From Pocillopora damicornis (taxonomy: Eukaryota): 64,000 nt of DNA. Position 1 is the stretch's first letter. Each line of letters opens with the position of its first letter. Below the pieces are notes generated by a model. The model saw only the letters and a program-made list of their open reading frames with translations. It did no database searches and was not told the origin of the DNA. Shown piece by piece: positions 1-12,100 of this stretch. A program made the translations under genes and the position numbers. The DNA lies in assembly GCF_003704095.1 (NCBI RefSeq), contig NW_020845941.1, positions 186,001 through 250,000 of the forward strand, given 5' to 3'.

Positions 1-651
1 GATTCTTAGTCGGGTTCACAATTTGAAAAAAAGTCTCTTCAACACTTTGTTTATACCGACAGATATTTCCGCACTGGTTAACAAAATCTTCAACTGCGAT
101 GTTTGAAAGGCTGACTTAGGCTCAGTGATGAGAACTTGACGACTATACTCAATCCTGAACCAAAATCCACTTGTAGCATTAGACAGAACTTAGGGAGGGA
201 GATTTTGGGGTCAAAATTAGAGAGCGGAAATCTTACTTGAACCCTCGACACTTCATCTCCTTATAGAGGGTCTTTTACAAAATTAGCAAAGATTCCAAAG
301 CAAAAAAATATCCTAAATATCTGTTGAGAAAATAGTTGGAAACTAGTTGGAAAGATCCTCACTCGCGTATGCCATTAGTGTAGAACGAAGATAATCTTAT
401 TCTACTACGAACTTGGATGAAAAAATCGGCCAGTTTCGGTTTTTCGCCTTTCTATAGAAAAGTCAAACATCACGTACATTTTAAGTTGACAGTGAACACA
501 CGTATAGTTTTATCTCATGCGTAGTCATTGTTTAAGTGTGCCTCTTGAAACAAAAGCGAAAAAATATGTATACAAATTGATTTATCAAGAAAATTACGCG
601 GATTTCATATCTTGCTGAGTCAATATCATCAGTTCTGTTCTTGACATGAAT

Positions 652-1050
652 ATAGTCGCACCTGTAATAAGTGGCAGTCGGTTGCCAAAGTCCCGAGTTT
701 GTTTCTCCTTGATCACTGTAATTTTCACTTCTATTAAACGGTCACCTCTATCATGCGGTCGCGTTACACTTCGCTGAGTCCAAACGGCCTTTTTCTCTTA
801 TCTTTCACCTGTATTGAACGGTCAATTAAAGCCGAACCACTCAAATAAAACTAAGAATAATCTTTCAAGTAATTTTTGAACCATGTTTTTTCCCAAAATC
901 AAACTGTAAGTAGTATTTTTGAGCAAAATTCTGAACATTAAGTGGCGTAAGGTGGCGCTGTTTATCGTTTTTCTGTAGTAACCCCTAACCGTATTGAGCG
1001 GTCACCTTATCATTCCCCATGAGTGACCGTTTAATACAAGTTCGACTGCA
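652..1050. mobile_element. Tc1/mariner-like MITE
   Basis: Ends ATAGTCGCACCTGTAATAAG and TTTAATACAAGTTCGACTG are imperfect inverted repeats. Internal TATT(G/A)ARCGGTCA subrepeats. Confidence 0.55.
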
Positions 1051-1583
1051 CAAAGCTTAACTTGTATTTTTCCAGTGCTCTGGAAAATTAACTTAAAGAA
1101 AGAAATGAAGCATTGAGGTTTATACGACCCTTGAACTTTCAAGATTTTTGTGATTAGTAATTCGCCCTTGTAAGTACTACACATTTCTTTTTTGATGAGT
1201 TAGGAGAATTTCATGTTAAATAGAAGTGTTACCTTTTGGCTGATGAACGGTTTGTCTTCTTTTCATCGCCCGGGAAATGTACGAAATTGCGTGGAGAATC
1301 TAAATGTCAATCACTTCTGAAAGCACAAGGGGTTTTAATTCGATGGAGCCGAAAATTGAAATTTCAGCACAATTTTTCTTCTTACGGAGTAGTCGAGTAG
1401 GAATTGTTCAATAATGAATCTTTGCTGTGAAGTCTGGGAAAAAGTTGCGCGGAAACCTCATCTCACCCCTAAGTTTAGCAAAGAACAAGGAACTTTATTA
1501 TTTTATTGACAGTGGACTGGCAGTATCCGTATAAAATGCGGGATGCACTTATTACTGGATTTTACTCTTTTCTTTTCTCCTAG

Positions 1584-1862
1584 AACAACTATAACATTCC
1601 GAAGCATCGAACGCAAGCTGAAAGATGCGCGGCAGCCCAGCTTCTTCTATCCCATAATCCACCGTGCACCGTCACAGTGGACACAATGCTAGACGCCGCT
1701 AACCTAGCTTATGGCGCAAGCCCAGAAAGATTTTATATCATCCGGGACAGTAAAATAGTCTACCAGGGAGGGCCCGGGCCCATGTCATACAATGTAAATG
1801 AAGTAAGAGCTTGGCTGGAGAATTACGCTGGAAAGCTCTCAAGTAAAGGGCGAGGAGAATGA
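1584..1862 (+). CDS. Iodothyronine deiodinase (DIO1-like), terminal exon only; upstream exons lie outside the window
   Basis: After a polypyrimidine-TAG acceptor (1581-1583) the frame reads NNYNIPKHRTQAERCAAAQLLLSHNPPCTVTVDTMLDAANLAYGASPERFYIIRDSKIVYQGGPGPMSYNVNEVRAWLE. This matches the deiodinase C-terminus (H..xxDR, VVDTM, AYxAxPERLY, YxGGxGP.xY). Confidence 0.9.
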   Translation, partial: NNYNIPKHRTQAERCAAAQLLLSHNPPCTVTVDTMLDAANLAYGASPERFYIIRDSKIVYQGGPGPMSYNVNEVRAWLENYAGKLSSKGRGE

Positions 1863-2270
1863 TGCAGCTACCAAACGAACGTCGTTAAATGTGGAGTATA
1901 TATTTTAAACAGCCAGTCATGGCTCGTATAATAGTGTGAATCAAAAGAGTTTGTGCCCAGAGGAACGATAGCCCATCTCAGAAATTCTATCCGATTATAA
2001 TTATCCAATCAATAGTGGGGCGAGCCTTTCCCAGAATGACCGGAAAGTAGGAAACGAGAACGGTACCAAAAAAACTATATTTATACCGTCGAGTCTTACT
2101 TGCCAAGTGCAATTGTCAAGAATTCAAAAGGTTTACGTGATAGACTTAAGCAAAAAATCCTTGTTACACCACGATATGAGAAGGAAACCTTGCTAGAGCA
2201 AGAATTTGTTTTAAACATTTCAAGTCTCCTTGTCATCAAATGTCGTTCTCGAATTGCATATTTCAGGAAA

Positions 2271-2333
2271 TTTATTATTATAATCATCATTATTATTAAT
2301 ATTATTAATATTATTACTATTATCATTATTATT
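2271..2333. repeat. Imperfect (ATT)n microsatellite
   Basis: ttattattataatcatcattattattaatattattaat... Confidence 0.85.
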
Positions 2334-3726
2334 TTCACAGAAAGGAAATTTCTCAAGGGGCAATTTGAATGGGAAAAATTGTTGCTCAAAGAAGAGTCAT
2401 TTATCGGGGTAGCGAAACTCCGAGCTCTGCGGGTTTTCGCCCTGCGCTGGTCAATCGTTCCTCTGGTCTGTATCCTCTCTGTAAGGGGTTCTGAGAGTGC
2501 TGTAGGTTTTAAATATGAGCAGTTAGCTTTTAAAACTGCTTCAAGACGGATTAGTAGTTTGGCGTGAAAAACTAGCCATGACTTATTTCTCGGATTTCGA
2601 AAAAATTAAGAGGTTAATATTTTATTTAGCAATCGTATTCAGAGTTGTAGATATTTAACACATTACTATCATTTCCTATGGTTCAATACTCGTTTCCCCT
2701 GAAAATTTGTTTATGTTCACAATGGCTTAAGTATTTGCTGGTATTATTGGGAAAAGGCGAAGACTACCAAGTTCCTTAAGCTACAGCAAAAACCGATCGA
2801 ATTGATATGTCCAGATGTTAAGAGACTGCTAGATAATAAGGTGAAAATTAGTCAATTTTATAGACGGAAAAATTGGAAATATTGCGTTACTAATTTTATG
2901 CCAGGAAGAAGCCCATGACAATATTAGAATTCTTAGTTAATGATTGAAAAGAAATCTATAGCTAACAGTTTGAAATGATAGAAAAAAACACCAACGAGAC
3001 ATGACATAACCGATGGGGTATGAGGATTAAAAGACCTGTTTTTTGTTAGAGAAAGGAGGAAGGGAGAGGGACCGTGCAATATGGGGAAAGTCATTATATT
3101 TTATGCAACCCAAAAGCGCAGGGCCACAAATATTTAAGGGCTTTAGGGATGGCCATATCTCTTTTGGATCACATTAGGAGAAGGGTTACAGTTTTTTTCT
3201 GCAAGAAGTAATTTAAGGGATATAAAAAACTGGTGTGGAAAAAAAAAGAAGAAATCTCCCCCCTCCTTCCTCTCTCATCTCTAATAAATGACAGGCCCCT
3301 GCCTGATTAAATTGAAAATGACCGCAAAAGGGGAAATTTAACGAATCAGGAAGTATTTTCAACGCGAGTTATACTTCCAATCTTTAGCCCCTTGACTTTT
3401 GAGATCTGATTATTTATTCTTCTAACTTATGTTGTTACATCTCCTTGTTGGTTTGTCTAGAGAATCTGGTTTTATATCAAAACAATGTCTCTTAATATTA
3501 CCAATTTTTTATTTTATTTTCATGACCTGTCTGCTTAACTGTGTAGCCAAATTGTCAGGAGAAGATAAGCTGTGATCACTTGGTAGTAAAAAAGGTTACG
3601 TCAAATCGATATATCAGCGATACGATGGCTAAAAAATGAATCTTAGTTGAACTGAAATCAAAGAATGAGAAGTATATTTAAACTAGGAAGCTCTTGTGGC
3701 ATGGCCTGTGTAGGAGGAAAGTTATG

Positions 3727-3808
3727 ACATCAAGTTGACGTTATGAAGGCTTGGACGCAAAAGTGCTTCAAGCACAACTTCTGAGCCAGAGGTTTATCAA
3801 CTTCATGT
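3727..3808 (+). promoter_or_regulatory. SECIS element (type II) in the deiodinase 3' UTR
   Basis: Helix I AAGTTGA/TCAACTT. Core ATGAA (3743) opposite AGAG (3788). Helix II GGCTTGGA/TCTGAGCC. Unpaired AAAA 12 nt after ATGA. Apical mini-stem GTGCT/AGCAC. AATAAA at 3866. Confidence 0.85.
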
Positions 3809-4069
3809 GGAAACTTATTTTAGTAGCCTGAACTGTAAAGAGCGACAATGATGACCTTGCCACTAAATAAATGTTCTCTAAATAATTCATATCAAGGCCT
3901 TGTTAGTCATCAGAGATGTGGGATTTTTGGTTCGTCGTTGCTGCTAGTCTCCTTCGCAGCCTTTGCTTGGTCTCGTCACAGATCGTTCTCTCTCAGCAAA
4001 ACACGCGATCTCCACGCCGTGTTTTACCTATCAAAAGGCCTATAAAGGGGAGGGAGTGACGGTAAGTAA

Positions 4070-4280
4070 TTTTGGATTGCCTTGCGTTACTTCACTCTGT
4101 GATTGGTCTAGAAAAATCGCGCCATCATAACAACCGATCAAATACAAAACTAGAACCAATCTCAACTTGCAATTGGTCACTCGCGTTTTCCCGCGCTTCA
4201 AGCAGATTGCCTGTTTTTACTTTGAGTTTTTATTGGTTAATGATGATGTTAACCTTTCTTCTGATCGATAAGTGATAAAC
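4070..4280 (+). repeat. Dispersed repeat; further copies at about 42545-42760 and 54530-54745
   Basis: Shared TGATTGGT...CCAATC...GCGTTTTCCC..GCTTCAAG...TTTTACTTTGAGTT...TCTGAT(T/C)GG. Confidence 0.6.
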
Positions 4281-5382
4281 ACAGACAATTCCGATCACTG
4301 AAACTAAACAAACTTTTCCCACAGGAATGAGAAAAATAGACATTGACATATAACGTCCAGACGTTCCTTCTTGAAAGACTATTCAAACCTTTAACTTCTT
4401 ACAGAATTGAGTTCTAGAGAAATATATGTGTTCTCAGAAAAAAAAAATTCTGCATCCCTCGAATTAAGCGTACTTGGAAAAGAACGTTTGTAAATCATGG
4501 TTACGTAACAAAAGAAACCCGAAAACACCTAAATGTTATTTAACACTGACATAAATATTGACTCAGGTCACAGTAGATAAGCATTGTTTCAATCAGGAAT
4601 CGAAAGGGTATCTTTCTTCAATCTTCAGATGACTTGTTGTCAGCTTTACATTAAGGCTCTCAAAATTGGTTGTTTAGAAACAAAAAACCTCAAAGACTAC
4701 CTGCTTCAGTCACAGAGTCAAAACGATACAGCTGGGTGAAATCATAGTTAGTAGAGGAGACTAACTACTAACTATGGTGAAATGAACAACACCTCACATT
4801 CCAGGGAAACGTTTGAGCATAGTTAGTTAGTCTCCTCTACTAACTATGGTTTGAGCAGCAACCTCTCTAACTCTCTTTTTCTATATCGGGGACAAATTCT
4901 GCGCATTAAAAGGTAATTTGATCAAATTTGGGCAGTCGCCTCTTCTAAACACATTCTCATTTCGCTGATGACAAGAAACAAGAAACAGTGAGAAAATAAA
5001 ACATTTAAAATGACCGATCACAATTTCTCTTCTCTGAAGAAGAAAATGTAAAGTGAAGGAAATGTATACGTTTAACAATAATTTCGATCGAGAAATCATT
5101 TTCCCTCCGGTCACTGTTTATTATTCAACAATATTCAGATTGAGTAATTCTATTTTTCCTACAAAACCTGTGATTCTTTGTTTTCTTAATTCTTCACCAC
5201 TCACGGGACATTTTACCCGCCTTATAAATATACATGTACCATCCACGTCGCGTATTTATAAGACGTCGCTCTTGAATTAACAGATATTTAAAAGCCCAGG
5301 AGTTAGTTTTTTTTGTTTAAATGTACTAAAGACATTAATAAATTATATACCAGTCAAACATTTTTAACAAAGTTCGTTACTC

Positions 5383-8300
5383 TCATGACTTATTTCCGGA
5401 AGCAAATAAATCTCCTGCAGAAGGCAACGGGGCTAAACCTCCTGCTAGATCTGGAAGCTTCGTTAGGTCTGGAAGATTTTCTAAATGGGATTTGAGCTCT
5501 TGTCTGACAAGTTGAACTTTTTCCTGTTTGGCCTTGTATTCCTGAAAGAAATACATAGATAAGCAACTCCCTTGTAAAAAACAATGGTGGTTTACGACAT
5601 TTATCTGAGGATAAAACTGTCTCTGTTACAGAATCTGAGAGATTTTGTGTTTGATCTATAGTTTGGTTTACCTTTAATTTTTCGTAATTTGTGTCAAACT
5701 GGAATTCAATGTAAAGGCAGCCTTCTCAGCAATGCTTGACCTTTGCACGAGGTACAGCATAGTGGCAAGTAGAAGTACATTGCAGCCACACCTGGCGTAC
5801 TTTGACATAAAAAAACCAGCTTAAAAACCTTTGTTTAGTATTATATACCAAACAGTACAGACAAAAGATTTGTAGCAAACATCAGAGGAAGGAATTCAAA
5901 CCTTCCAGTTGCCTTTTGCATTTGAATAGATCTGTGCCTAACCTCCCTAATCCTACTTCTTGCTTAGCACATAGTGTGTTAAGAAAGCTCTTCCTTCGGA
6001 ATACTTACCTCAAGTTTTTTCTCTGATTCTGCTAGTTTATCTTTCTGGAGCTGTATAAATGCAGCCAGCATTTTGGATATTGTTGTTCTATCTTCTAGCT
6101 CGGCAGCAAGTCTACCATTATAGTCCGCCAATAATAAACAAGCTTCATCGACAATTTTGGAGAGACGATCGCCAGTTTCTTTATCTAAATCATGCGACAT
6201 GTAAATTCTGTTAAAAAGACTACTTCTTACAAACATTGTTTGCTAAAATGGGAATGGACAAACTACACATAATGTACTGCCTTTACCTTCAATTTTTTCT
6301 AAAAGTGACACATCTTGGACTTCAGCTGGTAAATTAGCAATCTTTTCTCTGACAGCAGCATCTTGTGAAGCTGAGTTTTCAAGCTCCATTAATGCTTTAA
6401 TTAAATCCTCTGGCTAAGACCAAAACAACAACATTCATTAGAAAATGACTGATCACAAAGTCAAGTAAACATTGTGGTTAATAATTTCTATAACATTAGA
6501 CTCTAATAATGACTTCACTCAGGCTGTGGCAACATCCAACACTGTCATAAAAACAACTTATTAATGGGACTAATCTCACAAGCAAGACTGCTATAGACTG
6601 CATGATCAGTTTACCAGGATTTCCTGTTATTAATCAAGTGATAGTAGAAAAGTGTTGAGTTAATCTAAAGGATGTTTTCATCAGTACCAAGGGAAGAGCT
6701 CACTGTAAGTTTGATGTTATTAATTGGTTCATGCATGACAGCTGATTTGTTACTTTTGCCCTCATGTTCATGGCTGTAAGGCTCAAGTACAGTTTATCAA
6801 CTGTTTTTTTTTTAAATCTAACTCTTCACTTGTCTCTCATACTGACTCAGGTTGTCAAAATGCCAGTCATTGTCATTGTCGTTGTCCTTTTTAACTCTTT
6901 CACACCCACAAATGACCAAGAAGTATTATAACATAGCTAGTAAATTTGTCTAATCAAATTCAATTGNNNNNNNNNNNNNNNNNNNNNNNNNNNNNNNNNN
7001 NNNNNNNNNNNNNNNNNNNNNNNNNNNNNNNNNNNNNNNNNNNNNNNNNNNNNNNNNNNNNNNNNNTAACCTGTAAATATTAAGCACTCTCCCACCTCTC
7101 CTAATAAAGCAAAGAAAAAAACTGTTTTCCCCAGCACTGTATACAGAAACTCACCCAAACACTTGTGTAGCTTCACTAAGAAAGTTGCTTCATACACATT
7201 TCTCTCAGTCCATATTGATATCAGCCTTTCAAGACCACGTATAGCTTCCACTGATCCGCCCCTGGATTATAAAACAATTAACAGCTACATTGAATCGAAG
7301 GAACTTTGTATTTGCACAAATTCAAACAAACAACCAAAATATTTAGGTGTATCAAAAACTGAATTCAAAACTTCATCAATCTGGATCACAGTATTACTCC
7401 ATTGGACATACAGGAGGATTTAACCTTTTAACTCCCGAGATATCATTAGTAATTCCCCTTACTATCTGTCATACAGTTCTTGTGATGTTAGTTTGGAGAA
7501 TTTGGTATTGGATCAACTTATAATCCCCTAATTGATATTTTTCTTAATTCTTATCACTTGTCTGCTTGATATTGTATTGATATTTAAAGGAGAAATTCTG
7601 TCTTGGTCACTCATGGGAGTTAAAGGTTTAAGGGGTACATGTAAAAAACAAAGAGACCTTTTCTGGTTGCTAGTACAACTTAAATTATTTTAAGAATGCA
7701 GATAATTACTTACTGTGCACAATGCTGAAACGCAGCTGATAAGACATGTTTAAATTCATTTAAAAACTCTGTGCCTTTCCTTTTTCCATTTTGGAGTACA
7801 TCATTAGCCAGGAACATGAAGGTAAGCTTTTTGCTTGTCCTTGCTGCAAATAAACATGGAGAATGTTAAAGCTTACAAGATAATTAACAAAACTGAACAT
7901 AAAGGGTTTCTTGTCATTTGTACACAACACAGTTAGTGGGAAAATGTGAAATGAACAAATCAATTGGCCTGATGAGCTTCAAGGAGGTGAGCTATTAAGG
8001 TCCCTTCTATGTTTTGGTATCTACAGGAATAGAAATTTACTTACTGGATACTCTGCACTTGATAAAATCTGAGTATTTTAATATGGATTCATTGTAACTC
8101 TTTTAAAAAATGCCCTTATGGCTTTAACCATTGTTGTTAATCAATTGCTATTAAATTGCATTAAATAGATAAATAAGTCATAAGTTAAACAAAATATTAA
8201 AAAAGATCATGCATCAGTTTTCTGATAGATATCACTGGATGACAAGAGTCCGCCAAAATAAACTTAGAATTAGGCAAATCAAATAAAAATATAACACATA

Positions 8301-8861
8301 TTTCCTCCAAATCTTTTCATTAATAATCAATTAGGAGTTGAGGAAAGTGAGTTAGCTGCATGGGAAATCTTAAAAGCTATTTGACATATATTCAGCAAAA
8401 GCTATAAGCATCTGAGTCGATCGCCTTAGCATAAGATAATGAAAATGCCAAGAATGTGCACCACGTTATAATTAGATCGTTCAACCCCTCTAATGCAGAA
8501 CAGAACTTGATTAGAGACCTTTGCCTCATTCGTAAATATGGTATGGCAACGCACGCCACATGTAACATATATATGAGATATGTGAAAGGCATGTTGAAGT
8601 GATTCTTTCGCACCAGCTGAGCAAATGCAATGAAAATCTGTCAATGGAGATCAGTTTCTCCACAACCCACAACAAGTTCAAACAATTACTCTATGCACGG
8701 TTTTACTCACCTTTCGTCAGTTCTTTGTACCAGGACTGTACGATCGCTTTAGCGTGTTTTCTGTGGTGAATAAGCCACAGCGAAAGCGTCTGGACACTGT
8801 GTTGAGTGTTGGAAAGATCAGATAATTTCTTCTCCAAAGTTGCTGATGAAAAAGACGTCAT
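5383..8861 (-). CDS. RPRD1B: Regulation of nuclear pre-mRNA domain-containing protein 1 (RPRD1A/B, CID domain)
   Basis: Exons about 8861-8711 (MTSFSSATLEKKLSDLSNTQHSVQTLSLWLIHHRKHA), 7843-7714 (KLTFMFLANDVLQN), 7261-7155, one starting at 7070 and running into the gap, 6413-6287, 6184-6009 (EACLLLADYNGRLAAELEDR) and 5541-5383 (LPDL..GLAPLPSAGDLF). GT-AG junctions. Confidence 0.92.
7421..7631. mobile_element. About 210-bp TTAA-flanked MITE (piggyBac-like termini)
   Basis: TTAACCTTTTAACTCCC...GGGAGTTAAAGGTTTAA. Same family as 11564-11773 and 41709-41920. Confidence 0.75.
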
Positions 8862-9116
8862 TTTCACGGAAATTCGTGACACCAGCGAAATAAAAACAGT
8901 AAAACACACTTCAATCCCAAAGTCCTGTTTGAGTGAAACCTGGATATGAGTTTGCCTCGAGTTGGAGCTGAAGCCGCTGATATGGGTACCGCAGAAGAAC
9001 TTGGATTGAGGACATAATATGTGCCCATACATGACGTACCTACAATATTAACGTTCTTTCTCTGCTAACCGCTGATTCATGAGACTGTAGACTCAACCTT
9101 GATGCCAACATGGCGG
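8862..9116. promoter_or_regulatory. Putative bidirectional promoter between RPRD1 and SAC1
   Basis: Divergent ATGs about 250 bp apart. CRE-like ATGACGTA near 9031. YY1-like CAACATGGCGG overlapping the SAC1 ATG. Confidence 0.55.
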
Positions 9117-12100
9117 ATAACGCCGTCTACCGAGCGTTGAGGCTGTATGTTCTTTTCTTTACTGATGGCTCTTCCGATGTCTGTTCTCTGTATCTATGCG
9201 CTACTAATTTCTCCCAGTTGCCTTAATTTCCATTTTTTCCTTTTTCTTCAGCCACATCGCGCCTGACAAGTTTTATATCGAGCCGAGGGACCAGCAATCA
9301 GTTGGTGATCAAATACTCGAAATAGACCGTGTTACACAAGAGTTAAGTCTAGCAGGTAAAAATTGTGTCTAATTAGATTTTCAAAGGGTCACTTCACAGG
9401 CAGTTGTATGACAATCATCGTCTTAAATTTAAGGCGTGTTTTTGATTAGTGAAAATGATTTCGTTCTAACCGAGTAATAACTTTCATTAAGCATTACCTT
9501 ATTAAGAAACAGTCATTATCACGACGTGATTCTTCTTTGTTTACCTTCTCGCAGACCTTGGAAAGAACATTTTAACCTATCAGTCGTTACGATTCGTTGA
9601 TTTTTGTGTGAAATTAAAGATCGGTTTTTTGTTAAATTATCAAATTTTGTTAGTGTTACTTTAAAGCGTATCGTGGGAGTTTTAACGAGGTTATCAGATG
9701 CTGGCGTAAATAGACTATAAAAAAGCTACAAAGTCCAAGTATTTCGCCAAGTTTTATCTGAGTGCGTCCTTAAACATGTCAGATTCTTCTAAAATTATAT
9801 GTTATATAGTTTAACATTTGAGACATTGTACCTCCCGATATCTGCTGAAACGTAAACATTGTTGTCTTTACATATAAACTAGAGCATGTACTGAATGAAA
9901 AAGGTAAGATTTTTGCACAGCCCCAGACTTCACTATGAAAACAGTTCTGGGAAAAAAAATTTGGGAAAGCAAAAGATTGCCTTTTGGACTACAGCTTTGT
10001 TTTACAACAGCATCGGGTGTGCGGAAATCTTACCTTGAAAAAAATTGAGATCACCCCATTAATGTCGTGTATTCAAAAATCCATTTTCTTCCATCACATT
10101 GTTAGGTAACAATATTAATACTTGTTATTCACAGGCCAACATGTTGACTAAAAATATTCTGCTATGAGTTCAGTTTTCTTAGATGTCATTCTGTTTGTAG
10201 AAACAGGTAGTAATTTGTGATTTTTATCATCCCCATCATAGACAATGAGGGTCAAATCCCACCATCAGCTGAGAGTAGAGATATATTTGGAATTTTGGGA
10301 ATCATAAATTTGTTGGCAGGTAACTTTGAAACTAATTGCAGCAGTACTTGATGTAATTCTTTGTTGTTAGCCTGGAATTGTTTTTGATAATAAGTATGAG
10401 ACTTGTACACTTGAAGAGTATGGGAAATACAGTGTATATCTACATGTATATTCTTTATTCTACAACTTTGAAATTATATTCGTACTCTTTCTTGAAGGCT
10501 TGTCTATAGCATGTTATGTAAGAGGTAAGATACTTGCAATCCCAGCTCAACTCTTTTATTCAATGAAGGGAACCTTCCTGTTGGTATCTGGGATGCTCAA
10601 CCATATAATGAGCAATTAATGGATAAGGTGGGGCACGATATTACAAATTATCAATGGCAAGGTCTGAGTTATGGGTGGAAGCCAAAGGCTGAGGTGGGTA
10701 GCACATACATGAGGTTTGTGAATTTATAATATCATGTGGAAACCAAATTCAATAACTGTTTTATTTTACATTTTTGAACAATCTGCAAAAGATGACACTA
10801 CTCTTTAAGTTTGCAAAAGTTTGAGAAAACTCTATGGATGAGGGGCTTACAAACTGGGAAGACCTTGAATTAGACATGATGAGCCAGATATTGGGTTATC
10901 GTGTCAACTTCACATGCTATTGTATATTGATTGTATGCTCTCAACCAATCTCTCTCTCATTGTGAGTCTAATGTTTAATAACAATCATTAAACTTGCCAC
11001 AGTATTTTTTCCTAAGTTACTTTACATGTCAACTACTATTTTCTCATAGGACCATACTTGGTTGTAGTCACTAAGAAGACTCTTGTAGGTCATGTCAGGG
11101 GTCATGAAGTATGGGTGATCAAAGGAACAGATATTCTGGCTTTTCCAAGAGCAACATTGCATCTCACAGAGAGTCAGGTACATGGAGATGGGTTTTGACT
11201 GAATTATTCCTATTTGTGAAATTATATAAGTACTGATGATGATGATAGTAATAATAAGTATAATAACAAAAATAACAATGATGAAAAAAAATTCCTCTCA
11301 TCAATTTGACAGCAACGGAACAACAATATCTACTTATCAATGGTGCAGTCAGTTCTTCAGACCAGCAGCTTTTACTTCTCTTGTACATATGATCTAACAC
11401 ACACTCTGCAACGCCTCTCAAGAACCAGCCCAGACTTCCTTCAGATGCCTCTCTTTGAAAGGGTATGAGCACATTAAAAGTCACATTCATTATAAATATA
11501 GCAATAAGATAAGAGGAATATAAAGGTGGGCTGAACTGCAGATCAAGAGGTCTGGGTGGAGCTTTAACCCTTTAACTCCCATGAGTGACCAAGACAGAAT
11601 ATCTCCTTACAATATAAATTCATTATCAACGGGATAAGTGATGAGAATAAAGGAAAATATCAATTTGGGGATAATTAGTTGATTCAATACTTAATTCTCT
11701 GAACTAACATTATAAGAATTGTATACTTGACAGTAATGAGAATGACAAATTTGGTCTGGGAGTTAAAGGTTAAGCAGTTATTGTGATTGTTCTTGAGTAG
11801 GACACTTCACTTCTCAGTACCCCTCCCTACCCACAAGGTTGTGATTACTGGTAGGAACACAGCAGAAACCTTCTGTTGTTAGACCATCTCTAGGTGTCTA
11901 CTCTGTGAATTGTGATAAAAGACAGAAATGAGTAATTTTGAACTGATTCTAGCATCAATGTCTGGCTGAAAAAAGCTACTCAAGTGTATTCCAGAATGCT
12001 AGAATTCATGTCTCAAAGAATCCAAAATTTTCAAATTTTGCAGAAGGTGCATGCACCTAGACCCCCCATACAAGAGAATTTTTCTTTGCATCATGTCATG

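Noticed and set aside
2100-2567. 155-aa ORF with poly-Ile, and its antisense ORF
   Set aside because: It is kept open by the (ATT)n microsatellite, starts at TTG and lies in the presumed deiodinase 3' UTR.
7850-8700. Intronic snoRNA in RPRD1 intron 1
   Set aside because: No properly spaced C/D or H/ACA boxes with terminal stems could be identified on the sense strand.
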